From positions 137,618 to 201,617 of the forward strand of contig JANRKO010000019.1 of NCBI GenBank assembly GCA_033763455.1: a stretch of 64,000 nt of DNA. Direction: 5' to 3'. Origin of the DNA: Polyangiaceae bacterium. Its GTDB lineage: Bacteria > Myxococcota_A > Polyangia > Polyangiales > Polyangiaceae. Each line of letters opens with the position of its first letter. Within the stretch, counting starts at the first letter, position 1. The position numbers and the translations under genes were made by a program. Shown here one piece after another: positions 41,434-50,675 of this stretch. The notes beneath the pieces were generated by a model that was given only the letters and a program-made list of their open reading frames with translations, was not told where the DNA came from and did no database searches.

Positions 41434-43992
41434 TTGCTCCCAACCCAGTTTCAGTCCCAATCCCAGTCAGAACCGCCTCCGTCCACGGGCGGTGGCGAGT
41501 CCTACGACGAGATCTGGAGCGGCCCTGGCCACGCGAGGGCCCACCAGGCGCTCTTGCAGGAGCACCTACTAGTTCAGCCCCTGGACGATCTGCTGAAGGT
41601 TCGCCAGGCGGTTGAGCGTCAGATGGCCGAGCAAGCTGTTACGTTCAACATCTTGGGCGTTCCCGGAGGCGAAAACCGCTCTTGGGAGCTCGACCCAATC
41701 CCATGGGTGATTGAAAGTCGCGAATGGGCAGAGCTGTCGCGGAAGCTCGTACAACGAGCCCAGCTCCTGGAAGCGTTCTTGGCGGACTGTTACGGCCCGC
41801 AACGCATGCTGCGCGAAGGTGTCATTCCGGCCCGCGTGGTCCTCGCCAATCCAGACTTTCTGCGAGCGTGTCACGGCTGGCGCCCACTCGGAGAGAAGCG
41901 TCTATGGCTCTACGCTGCAGATCTCGCACGCGACAAAGCTGGTGATTTTCACGTATTTTCCGATCGCGCCGCAGCACCTACAGGGGCGGGCTACGCGCTC
42001 GAAAATCGCCTGGTTTTGGGGCGGGTTTTAGGGGATTTGTTCCGTGAATACCGGGTCACGAAAGTTCGGGGTTTCTTCGAAAAGCTGAAGGCGTGCGTAG
42101 CCGAGTTGGCTCCACCGGGCCGCCCCGATCCCCGTGCGATCGTGCTCACAACGGGCATGCAAGATGAGAGTTCGTTCGAGCATGCCTACTTAGCTCGCTA
42201 CCTCGGCTTTGATCTTATGGAGGGCCGAGATCTGAGCGTGAGAGACGGCAAAGTCTTCCTAAAGACAGTCGCCGGGCTCACCCAGATCGACGTGATTTTG
42301 CGCCGTGTTCCAGATGCCTTCTGTGATCCTGTCGAGCTTCGCGAAGATTCCATGATCGGCGTTCCCGGCCTCGTGGAAGCCGCCCACGGAAAACACATTG
42401 GGTTGGCCAATCCGCTTGGGGCAAGCCTCATCGAATCACCTGCAATGAAAGCATTTCTCGGGCCCCTGTGCCAAGCCCTTCTGGGAGAGGATTTGCTGTT
42501 ACCTTCGGTGGAGACTCACTATCTCGGGACGCCCGGATCGCTAGAATACGTACAATCCAAGCCTGAAGAATTCCTGATAAAACCAGCCTTTGCAGAGCGT
42601 CGCGGGGCGATTCGGCCTTTGGGCGAGTTGAGTATCTCCGAGCGAACAACGCTTTTAGATTCTGTGAAGGCGCGCCCTCACGACTTCGTAGCGGAACGCT
42701 GGCCCGCCTGCTCTCGCAGCCCCCTTCTCACTCGACACGGCCTCGGAGCAGGAAGGCTTACCCTGCGCTCATTTCTGTGCCGCGACAAAGAATCTTTCGC
42801 CGTGATGCCGGGGGGCTTCGCACGGCTTGATTCAACACCAGACGGCATCTTCCTCACCAACCGCCTTACGCGAACCTGCAAAGACGTTTGGATCCCTGAG
42901 GTGGGTACGACCTACGACATGAAGTTGCCGCAGATGCCCGATCAACGCATGTCGCTCCGACGTGGTGCCCAAGATCTACCAAGCCGCTTGGTGGACGATA
43001 TTTTTTGGTTGGGGCGTTACATCGAACGCACCGATGCTTCAGCTCGTTTGATCCGCGCCGGTTTTGACCGCCTAGGAATGGAAGCCGCTGGTGACGCGCA
43101 GCAAGTATTAGAAGCAATTCTTGAAGCGTTGAAGCTCAAGGGGCAGCTACCAGCGACGTTCGATGTGCGCGGTATGTTTTCGAAGCCCGATAATCGAGCC
43201 CTGGCGCAGGTGCTAAACGGCGCATTATTCGATCAAACCTCCGGCAGCAGCGTGTACGCCACGCTCGATCGTATCCACAAACTCATGATCGGCGTAAGAA
43301 GCCGCCTTTCCCGTGACGCGTGGCATACGTTGAGGCGTCTTACGAGTGCCCTGGATGCAACCCCACTGCACCATTCGTCGCTCGGCACGGCCGAGATCTT
43401 GGAACTTCTGGACGAGCTTCTGGTACTGCTTTCTGCTGCCACCGGAGCCACGCTCGATAACATGGTGCGAGGCCACGCCTGGCTGTTTCTCGATCTCGGG
43501 CGCCGCCTTGAACGAGCGTCGGCTACCCTGGAACTGTTGGAAGCGATGCTGCCATCAGGGGCCACGCGCGCGCACATGGAATGCTTATTGGAAGTTACAG
43601 ATAGCTTGCTCACGTATCGCGCCCGCTACGTTTCTAGCCTGCAAGTGGCCCCCATCGTTGACCTCCTACTTACAGACAATACCAATCCGCGCTCTGTGCT
43701 CTTTCAAGTCGAAACCATCGATCAGCACGTAGAAGCACTACCTAACCAAAGCGGCGCTCTGGTAACACGAGCCGAAAAGCGCGTGCTCACCCTCCGAACC
43801 CGCCTCGTCGCAGCAGATATCGAGGAAGCCACCGGGGGTCAAGGCGAAGGCCTGCGCCAACTTGTGAAAGACGCCGCCGAGCTTGTTTGGCAGCTCTCTG
43901 ATGATATCGCCGCGACGTGGTTTTCACACGCAGCCCCCTCACGCTCGCTCACCATTCCCGCTTGGGTTAACGAACAACTCGAACGCCAGTGA
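41434..43992 (+). CDS. fused circularly-permuted ATP-grasp + alpha-E domain protein (Rv2567-like)
   Basis: The N-terminal half is paralogous to 34535..35986. The C-terminal ~300 aa is an alpha-E domain (FWLGRYIERTDASARL). Confidence 0.7.
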   Translation: MLPTQFQSQSQSEPPPSTGGGESYDEIWSGPGHARAHQALLQEHLLVQPLDDLLKVRQAVERQMAEQAVTFNILGVPGGENRSWELDPIPWVIESREWAELSRKLVQRAQLLEAFLADCYGPQRMLREGVIPARVVLANPDFLRACHGWRPLGEKRLWLYAADLARDKAGDFHVFSDRAAAPTGAGYALENRLVLGRVLGDLFREYRVTKVRGFFEKLKACVAELAPPGRPDPRAIVLTTGMQDESSFEHAYLARYLGFDLMEGRDLSVRDGKVFLKTVAGLTQIDVILRRVPDAFCDPVELREDSMIGVPGLVEAAHGKHIGLANPLGASLIESPAMKAFLGPLCQALLGEDLLLPSVETHYLGTPGSLEYVQSKPEEFLIKPAFAERRGAIRPLGELSISERTTLLDSVKARPHDFVAERWPACSRSPLLTRHGLGAGRLTLRSFLCRDKESFAVMPGGFARLDSTPDGIFLTNRLTRTCKDVWIPEVGTTYDMKLPQMPDQRMSLRRGAQDLPSRLVDDIFWLGRYIERTDASARLIRAGFDRLGMEAAGDAQQVLEAILEALKLKGQLPATFDVRGMFSKPDNRALAQVLNGALFDQTSGSSVYATLDRIHKLMIGVRSRLSRDAWHTLRRLTSALDATPLHHSSLGTAEILELLDELLVLLSAATGATLDNMVRGHAWLFLDLGRRLERASATLELLEAMLPSGATRAHMECLLEVTDSLLTYRARYVSSLQVAPIVDLLLTDNTNPRSVLFQVETIDQHVEALPNQSGALVTRAEKRVLTLRTRLVAADIEEATGGQGEGLRQLVKDAAELVWQLSDDIAATWFSHAAPSRSLTIPAWVNEQLERQ

Positions 43993-44858
43993 CGCTCTAC
44001 CGCCTCCGCCACCTCACGCGCTACCAATACGAATCGCCGGTTGTGCACGCACACCACGTGGCGAGGATGCGCCCCATGCCGTCGCCATTTCAGCGGGTTT
44101 TGTCCAGCGAAATCACGACCAGCCCGGAAGCAACCTTTACGGCGAGCGTGCGAGATTATTACGGCAATCTACAAGATTTTTTCGAAATTCTGAAAGATCA
44201 CGATGTGCTCGAGGTAACGGCCGTGAGTGAAGTAGAGCCGCTCCTCCGTCGGCCCGGGGGCGCCCTGGAAGGCTATGCGTTAACCTGGGAAGATGCTCGC
44301 CTCGTAGCCAGTGCGCCCTACACGGAGGTCGAGGATTTCGGGTACGATTCCCCTCTAGTGCGGGTCCACCCAGATCTTCGGGCGTATGCGGCTCCGAGCT
44401 TTCCACCTGGGCGCCGCATCGTCGAAGCCGTGAGCGACCTTAATCAGCGCATTTTTGATGAATTTGCATACGACCCTGCGGCCACAGATGTGACCACTCC
44501 GCTCGGAGAGGTTCTCCGTGAAAAGCGCGGCGTTTGCCAGGATTTTGCGCACCTTGCCATCGGCTGTTTGCGAAGCCTGGGCCTGCCTGCGCGCTACGTG
44601 TCCGGTTACCTTGAGACGGCGCCGCCTCCCGGCGAAGAACGCTTGGTGGGCGCTGATGCTTCACACGCCTGGGCTGAAGTGCACCTGCCAGGGCTAGGGT
44701 GGCTTGAGTTTGACCCCACGAACGCTGTTCTGCCTTCAACGAAGCATATTCGCGTGGCTCACGGTCGCGACTTCAGTGACGTGAGTCCGCTTAAGGGTGT
44801 TGTCTTGGGCGGCGGGCGCCACACGCTCACTGTCGAAGTGGATATGGCGCCGATCTGA
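43989..44858 (+). CDS. transglutaminase-like family protein (Rv2569c-like)
   Basis: MTLYRLRHLTRYQYESPV...; GVCQDFAHLAIGCLR...HAWAEVHLPGLGWLEFDPTN. The start overlaps the upstream stop. Confidence 0.75.
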   Translation: MTLYRLRHLTRYQYESPVVHAHHVARMRPMPSPFQRVLSSEITTSPEATFTASVRDYYGNLQDFFEILKDHDVLEVTAVSEVEPLLRRPGGALEGYALTWEDARLVASAPYTEVEDFGYDSPLVRVHPDLRAYAAPSFPPGRRIVEAVSDLNQRIFDEFAYDPAATDVTTPLGEVLREKRGVCQDFAHLAIGCLRSLGLPARYVSGYLETAPPPGEERLVGADASHAWAEVHLPGLGWLEFDPTNAVLPSTKHIRVAHGRDFSDVSPLKGVVLGGGRHTLTVEVDMAPI

Positions 44859-44975
44859 GTTGCTCTAAAGTGGTGCAACCCACACACACTCACCCACAGG
44901 TGCAACGAGCCGTGCTCCTTGCTGAAATGGCCAACTCAAGGTATACAGGCTGCTTCTACCCTCCGGTGTTTTCGC

Positions 44976-46052
44976 ATGCTTCTTAACAGAAATAGTGTGT
45001 TCTTGGTTGCTATTGGCGTAGCTTCGGCTTGTTCGCCGAATACCGGGAGCGCCCCTCCACGGGGGGGCGGTTTGCCAGAAGCAGGCGCTGGCCCCGCTTC
45101 TGGAGGCGCTCGTGCGACGGGTGGGAGCATCTCGACATTAGGGGGCTCTCCCAGCGTGGGCTCGGGTGGTGCTTCGCCGCTGGGAACTGGCGGCACATCG
45201 TCCGCCGGTGGCAGTGGTGGGTTAACGGCATCTGGCGGCACTGGCGGAACGAATTCGGGAGGTACTGCGACCGGCGGAACAACGAGCGGAACCGGCGGAG
45301 GAGCGACTGGGGGAACCAATACCGCTTCGGGCGGCTCCCCTAGTGTCTCGTGTCCGGCGCAAGGTACGGGCGGGCTCGCGAGTCTTTCTACGGGGCTTAT
45401 CGGCTATTGGAAGTTCGATGAGGCAGACACCAGCGGGGCAACTACCGCGGATGCCAGTGGCATGAATTTTTCGGGTACCTACAGTGCTACCAAGCCTGCG
45501 CTCACTACGGCTGTGCCCCCTCTGTTGACCGGGAAAAGCATGAAGGCCATAGTATTTAATGGCACAAATGAGGTGAAGTTACCGGCAGGTTCGTTCGGTA
45601 ACTGGAGCGCGGCCACAAGCTACTCGATTTCTGCCTGGGTCCAAGTGACGGCGTTGGATGGTGACTGGATGGGGATCATTGCAAACGAAGCAGCCGGCGC
45701 CACGACGTATTGTGGACTCTATATTGGCGGCGCCCAGAACAGCACTCAAAACGCCTTCCGATACCAAGGAAATGAAACAGGGTTCGGGGATCTGGTCCCA
45801 ACGCCGGGCGTTTGGTACCACCTTGCGCTGGTTCAAGATGTGTCCGGGAACGCGCAAAGGCTGTACGTGAATGGTCAGCCCGCGGGCACTGGCGAACTGA
45901 AAGACTGCGCCACCACGGGCGTGTTTCACTTTGGTTCGGTCGATGGTGCCGATACGCCCACTTTCTTCAACGGAAGCCTAGATGACGTACGTTTCTATAA
46001 CCGCGCACTCATGCCAACCGAAGTTACCGCTCTAGCCTGCGGAGCTCAGTAG
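44976..46052 (+). CDS. lipoprotein with Gly/Ser/Thr-rich linker and LamG-like (concanavalin A-like lectin) domain
   Basis: Lipobox LVAIGVASAC, a long GGS/GGT linker, and a C-terminal FNGSLDDVRFYNRAL LamG_3-like motif. Confidence 0.65.
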   Translation: MLLNRNSVFLVAIGVASACSPNTGSAPPRGGGLPEAGAGPASGGARATGGSISTLGGSPSVGSGGASPLGTGGTSSAGGSGGLTASGGTGGTNSGGTATGGTTSGTGGGATGGTNTASGGSPSVSCPAQGTGGLASLSTGLIGYWKFDEADTSGATTADASGMNFSGTYSATKPALTTAVPPLLTGKSMKAIVFNGTNEVKLPAGSFGNWSAATSYSISAWVQVTALDGDWMGIIANEAAGATTYCGLYIGGAQNSTQNAFRYQGNETGFGDLVPTPGVWYHLALVQDVSGNAQRLYVNGQPAGTGELKDCATTGVFHFGSVDGADTPTFFNGSLDDVRFYNRALMPTEVTALACGAQ

Positions 46053-46157
46053 CCGGCCCTGGGGAACGCGGGGGATGTCGCTGGCGGCGAACTTGTTGGT
46101 GCGAAAGCGTGTTAATGTTATGTTGGTGTGTGGGGAAACGCACACCTTCCGCGCACA

Positions 46158-46289
46158 CAACAGATGCTTGTCATGCTAAGGACATTTTAGCGAGCGAAAA
46201 GGGCACTCCGCCGTGTTGTGCACTCGCCTTTCGTGCGAGCAACAGATGCTTGTCATGCTAAGGACATTTTTGGCGAGCAAAAGGGCTCC
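46158..46289. repeat. two direct copies of a ~50-bp element (46158..46208 and 46240..46289)
   Basis: caacagatgcttgtcatgctaaggacatttt(t)(a/g)gcgagc(g)aaaagggc(a)ctcc, about 90% identical, sitting in a convergent intergenic region. Confidence 0.7.
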
Positions 46290-46335
46290 TGCCACGCTGT
46301 TTTGAGGGCCACACTTCCCTCACCCGCATTTGCCC

Positions 46336-46695
46336 TCACCCGCATTTGCCCTCGCCACACTTCCCCTCACCGCACTTGCCTTCTTTGCTTGGTTCGCCCT
46401 TTTTCTGGTCTTTGGCATCTGCAGTGCTTTTAGCTGCGGGTACTTCTTTTGCTGACGCACTCGCAGCCGGCATTGCGCCAGCACTAGGTTGAGGTGCCGG
46501 TGCTGACGCTTGAGTGTTAGCTTGTTTCGGCTCCGCGGGCTTTTGAGCTTCGGCGAGGGGTGCTGTGGCACTAGTACTTGGCTCAGGTTCCGGCTTTGGA
46601 CGGGACTCTGCATCGCACGCTGTGGCGCCTACCAAGGCTAACGCGGCAAAAATGCTGTCTGCCGAAAGGGGACCTTTGCGTGGGGGAGAATACAT
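46336..46695 (-). CDS. small lipoprotein with C-terminal (GEGKC)x4 cysteine repeats
   Basis: Internal start MYSPPRKG...LALVGATAC lipobox, a Pro/Ala-rich linker, and a C-terminal GKCGEGKCGEGKCGEGKCG tail encoded by 15-nt tandem repeats at 46320..46385. Confidence 0.5.
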   Translation of the reverse strand: MYSPPRKGPLSADSIFAALALVGATACDAESRPKPEPEPSTSATAPLAEAQKPAEPKQANTQASAPAPQPSAGAMPAASASAKEVPAAKSTADAKDQKKGEPSKEGKCGEGKCGEGKCG

Positions 46696-46726
46696 GGCGG
46701 CTCCTTTGTGTAATGGCCGAATGTGA

Positions 46727-46768
46727 GCCCCGTTGGGCCCGAAGTGGGCCCCGTTGGGCCCGAAGTGG
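46727..46768. repeat. perfect 21-bp tandem duplication in the divergent promoter region
   Basis: gccccgttgggcccgaagtgg x2. Confidence 0.8.
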
Positions 46769-46884
46769 AGCTTGAGCGAAACTGTGGCGGGAACGCGTCC
46801 GGATTTGCTGTCTTCTCGACCAGCCGTCAAGCGCAGTGGCCATTTTCACCCCCGTCGGCTGTTCTTGACAAACCCGATGTGGGA

Positions 46885-47370
46885 ATGCATATCGGAAGGG
46901 TGAAACTCTCGAATAAGGGCCGCTATGCTGTGCGGGCGCTGTTCGATATCGCGTTTTTCAACGGTGGGCAGCCCACTCAGGTGAAGGACATCGCGGAGCG
47001 GCAGCAAATTCCGCCGCGTTTCCTGGAGCAGATCTTTCAAGATCTCAAGCGCGCGGGCCTCGTAGGTTCGAAGCGGGGGCCTCAAGGGGGCTACAACTTG
47101 GCGCTAGGCGCCGGAGAGGTGCGCCTCGGGGACGTGGTGCGTGCGCTTGAGGGCCCTATCTCGCTCGGAGACCGTGAGTCCGAAGGAGGGGCCAACGCTG
47201 CCAAGGAGCCCGCGGGCAATTCCCGGCGGATCACCGAACAGATATTTGTGGATCTTTCGGCGCGCGTCGAAGCCTGTTTTGACGCAATCACTATTCAACA
47301 CATCTGTGATCTTGCGGAAGCTGAAGGGCTTAGGCGCCCAGGAGCGCAACGTTATGTCTACGTCATCTGA
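46885..47370 (+). CDS. Rrf2 family transcriptional regulator (CymR/IscR-like)
   Basis: MHIGRVKLSNKGRYAVRALFDIAFF... HTH; the gene overlaps the cysK start. Confidence 0.75.
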   Translation: MHIGRVKLSNKGRYAVRALFDIAFFNGGQPTQVKDIAERQQIPPRFLEQIFQDLKRAGLVGSKRGPQGGYNLALGAGEVRLGDVVRALEGPISLGDRESEGGANAAKEPAGNSRRITEQIFVDLSARVEACFDAITIQHICDLAEAEGLRRPGAQRYVYVI

Positions 47371-48337
47371 GCGGAACGAGCCCGGCCGTCCTTCGCTTCC
47401 GTCGCACCGGTTGGTGTACCCGAGCGTTTTAGATTTGATCACAGATACGCCGCTTGTGGAGGTGCGCAAGTTGGCAACGGATGCACCGCGTGCACGCGTC
47501 TACGCCAAAATCGAGTCAGCAAATCCCGGTGGGTCGGTGAAGGATCGCATCTGCTTGGCCATGATTGAGCAGGCAGAGCGTGAAGGCTTGTTGGGCCCAG
47601 GTGGCGTCGTTATCGAGCCAACGAGCGGCAACACGGGAATTGGGCTGGCGCTAGTGTGTGCAAGCCGAGGTTATCGCTGCGTTTTGACCATGCCGGAGAG
47701 CATGAGTCTTGAGCGCCGGCAGCTGCTGCAATCCTTTGGTGCGGAGGTTGTTCTGACGCCCGAATCGGAGCAGATGGAGGGAGCTATCGCGAAGGCGCGA
47801 GAGCTGGCCCTGGAAATCAAAGGTGCTTTCATGCCGCACCAGTTCGACAACCCGGCGAACCCAGCCGTGCATGAGCGCACCACCGGCCCCGAGATCTTAG
47901 CCGCAATGCAGGGAGATCCGATCCATGCTTTTGTCGCTGCGGTGGGTACGGGCGGTACAGTGAGTGGTGTGGGTCGCGTGTTGCGCAAGGCGTACCCCAG
48001 TTGTCGGGTGATCGCCGTCGAGCCGGAATCTTGCGCCACCATTTCCAAGGGCGAACGTGGGCCGTCTAAGATCCAGGGGATCGGCGCCGGTTTTGTCCCC
48101 GGCAACTACGATGCAAGCATCGTGACTGAGGTGCGCACGGTGGGTGATCGCGTGGCGTACGATACAAAAGTGTCGCTAGCAAAACGCGAAGGTTTACTCG
48201 TGGGGATCAGCGCCGGAGCGAATGTGGCTGTTGCTTTGCAAGTTGCCCGTGAGCTTGGCCCAAGCAAAAATGTGCTTACCGTGCTGTGTGACACGGGCGA
48301 AAGATATTTCAGTTTAGACGAGTACTTCCGTGACTGA
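47354..48337 (+). CDS. cysK: cysteine synthase A (O-acetylserine sulfhydrylase)
   Basis: PLP-lysine motif NPGGSVKDRI, and GNTGIGLA. Confidence 0.85.
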   Translation: MSTSSERNEPGRPSLPSHRLVYPSVLDLITDTPLVEVRKLATDAPRARVYAKIESANPGGSVKDRICLAMIEQAEREGLLGPGGVVIEPTSGNTGIGLALVCASRGYRCVLTMPESMSLERRQLLQSFGAEVVLTPESEQMEGAIAKARELALEIKGAFMPHQFDNPANPAVHERTTGPEILAAMQGDPIHAFVAAVGTGGTVSGVGRVLRKAYPSCRVIAVEPESCATISKGERGPSKIQGIGAGFVPGNYDASIVTEVRTVGDRVAYDTKVSLAKREGLLVGISAGANVAVALQVARELGPSKNVLTVLCDTGERYFSLDEYFRD

Positions 48338-49082
48338 TCCCGAGCGCCCTTTTGCCACGCATTCCGTGCTCGTGGTGGGTGTCGGTGGCCTTGGGTGTCC
48401 TGCCGCGTTGGCGCTTGTGCGGGCTGGCGTGGGGCGCGTGGTTCTGGCGGATGACGACGAGGTCGACATTACGAATCTGCACCGGCAGATTTTGTTCGAA
48501 GAGTCAGACGTCGGGACCCCGAAGCTGGACGCGGCACACAGGGCTCTTCAGAGGCACCTGGAAGGCTTTCAGAGGGTCGAGCTCGTGCGCTCACGGCTCT
48601 TGCCAGAAAATGCGCTCGCGTTGCTCAGCGGGGTCGACGTGGTTGTCGAGGGCGCCGACAACTTCGCCACGAAATTTCTCGCGGCAGATGCCGCGCACTT
48701 GGCAAGCGTACCGGTGGTGCACGGCGCGGCAATTCGCTTCCAAGGCACCGTACTGGCCGTGCCTCCGGGGGGGCAGCCTTGCTATCGCTGCTTGTTTGAA
48801 GACGTTCCAGGAGCGGAAGCCGGCCTTAATTGCGCGCAGGCGGGGGTGATGGGGCCTGTGGTGGGGGTGATAGGAGCCCTGATGGCGGACAACGCTCTTC
48901 GGATATTGGCCCAGGATATGAGCGTTTTTGGCAAAATCGCTACCTTCGACGGAAAACGCGATCGTCTTCGATTTGTCCCGCTGACGCCCAATCCCAAGTG
49001 CCCGCTGTGTGGGCCCACGCAAAGCATTGGCGATGTCCGCGAGTCGCGGTACATCGACGGCCTCTCTTTTGTAACTGCCTGA
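48330..49082 (+). CDS. ThiF/MoeB/MoeZ-family E1-like adenylyltransferase
   Basis: [19 protein letters not shown] nucleotide loop and CxxC...CPLC pairs; the GTG start overlaps the cysK stop. Confidence 0.75.
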   Translation: MTDPERPFATHSVLVVGVGGLGCPAALALVRAGVGRVVLADDDEVDITNLHRQILFEESDVGTPKLDAAHRALQRHLEGFQRVELVRSRLLPENALALLSGVDVVVEGADNFATKFLAADAAHLASVPVVHGAAIRFQGTVLAVPPGGQPCYRCLFEDVPGAEAGLNCAQAGVMGPVVGVIGALMADNALRILAQDMSVFGKIATFDGKRDRLRFVPLTPNPKCPLCGPTQSIGDVRESRYIDGLSFVTA

Positions 49083-49093
49083 AAGGAATAGTC

Positions 49094-49363
49094 ATGGATG
49101 TGATCGTTCGAATCCCAACCCCTCTTCGTACCCTCACCGGTGGTGAAGAACAGGTCAAAGTTGCCGGCGGTACAGTGCAGCAGGTTATCGATGCCATGGA
49201 AGCACTCCACCCAGGCATCAAAGATCGTTTGCTGGATGAAAAGGGCGTTCGCCGCTTCATCAATATCTACGTGGGCGAAGAAGATATTCGGTTTCTGGAT
49301 GGCCTAGCCACCCCCACAGCTGGCCAAGAGATCAGCATTGTTCCCGCCATCGCTGGCGGCTGA
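49094..49363 (+). CDS. cysO: MoaD/ThiS-family sulfur carrier (CysO-like)
   Basis: 89 aa ending ...IVPAIAGG, located between the E1-like gene and cysM. Confidence 0.6.
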   Translation: MDVIVRIPTPLRTLTGGEEQVKVAGGTVQQVIDAMEALHPGIKDRLLDEKGVRRFINIYVGEEDIRFLDGLATPTAGQEISIVPAIAGG

Positions 49364-49383
49364 TCCCTTGCTGCTCCGGCACT

Positions 49384-49728
49384 TTGAATGCGCTCAACCC
49401 TCTGTTTTATCCTCGGTGGTTTGTGAGTTCCGACGCACGCTTTCGTCCGCAGGTGCGCCTGGCCGAAGTGGGCCACTTGGGTATGCAGAAGATCCTGGCA
49501 GCTCGCTTTAGGGTGCGGGAGCAGCCGGGCGCCTGGGTGGAGCAGGCGTACCTGGAGCGAGCAGGAGGCGCCGTGGAATCAGTAAGAGGCCAAGGCACCA
49601 CCACCCCGCCCCAGGAGCCTGAATTTGCGCACCGCACGGCGTTTCACTATGCGGCTGCCGAAGAGATTGCCGGCGGAAGCTGGCGCGCCCTCCGCCAGTT
49701 AAGACAAACCTTGGGGATCTTGCCATGA
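49384..49728 (+). CDS. hypothetical protein, translationally coupled to cysM
   Basis: 114-aa ORF whose TGA overlaps the cysM ATG (ATGA). No recognisable domain, and the start is uncertain. Confidence 0.3.
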   Translation: MNALNPLFYPRWFVSSDARFRPQVRLAEVGHLGMQKILAARFRVREQPGAWVEQAYLERAGGAVESVRGQGTTTPPQEPEFAHRTAFHYAAAEEIAGGSWRALRQLRQTLGILP

Positions 49729-50675
49729 GCTACGCTCTCCGCAGAAGCCGCCGGCTATCATCCATTGTTGAAGCCGTGGGCAATACGCCACTCGTGCGGC
49801 TCGATCGCCTCACACGCCATATCCCGAGCGTAGAAGTTTATCTTAAGCTCGAATTCGCCAATCCCGGCGGCTCAGTGAAGGATCGCCCAGCGCTACGCAT
49901 CATGCTCGACGCGATCGAAAGTGGGCGCCTCACCGAAGATAAGATCCTCATCGACGCCACGAGCGGCAATACAGGCGTCGCGTATTCGATTATCGGGGCA
50001 GCCCTTGGTTATAGGGTTAGCCTGGTGATGCCAAAAAATGTCACTAAAGCCCGCAAGGATATCACCCAAGCTTTCGGCACCGAGCTCATTTATTCGGATC
50101 CCATGGAGGGCTCCGATGGTGCCATTCGGCTAGTGCACAAGATCGTGGCGGAGAACCCTGACCGCTATTTCTACGCAGATCAGTACTCCAATCCCTCGAA
50201 TCCGCGAGCTCATTACCTGGGCACGGCGCAAGAAATCCTGGATGCCTTGGGAGATCGGGTTACACACTTTGTGGCTGGGCTTGGCACCAGCGGCACGTGC
50301 ATGGGCACCACACGGCGCCTGAAGGAGCACACTCGCCCCATCTACTGCGTGGCGGTGGAGCCAGCCGAAGCGCTGCACGGCCTCGAAGGCCTAAAACACA
50401 TGGCATCGAGCATCGTACCCGCCATTTACGATCCCCATCTGCCAGACGAAATCTTGCCAGTGGGCACCGAAGATGGCTGGGATATGGCCGACCGTCTAGC
50501 CGCAGAAGAAGGGATCCACGTGGGGCACTCTACAGGGGCCAACGTATTTGGGGCCGTGAAGTTTGCCGAGAAGCTGCACCGAGAACAAGGCGGCGGCTGC
50601 GTGGTTACCATCGCTTGTGACCGGGGTGATCGCTACTTTGCGCCGATGAAATGGGAAAGGAAGTACCTATGGTGA
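49725..50675 (+). CDS. cysM: cysteine synthase B-like PLP enzyme (CysM, CysO-thiocarboxylate dependent type)
   Basis: NPGGSVKDRP PLP motif and a GNTGVAYS loop. Confidence 0.75.
   Translation: MSYALRRSRRLSSIVEAVGNTPLVRLDRLTRHIPSVEVYLKLEFANPGGSVKDRPALRIMLDAIESGRLTEDKILIDATSGNTGVAYSIIGAALGYRVSLVMPKNVTKARKDITQAFGTELIYSDPMEGSDGAIRLVHKIVAENPDRYFYADQYSNPSNPRAHYLGTAQEILDALGDRVTHFVAGLGTSGTCMGTTRRLKEHTRPIYCVAVEPAEALHGLEGLKHMASSIVPAIYDPHLPDEILPVGTEDGWDMADRLAAEEGIHVGHSTGANVFGAVKFAEKLHREQGGGCVVTIACDRGDRYFAPMKWERKYLW

Noticed and set aside
46320-46385. Short tandem repeats that might suggest a CRISPR array.
   Set aside because: The units are 15 nt, contiguous and in-frame coding for the (GEGKC)n tail. 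No spacers and no cas genes are present.
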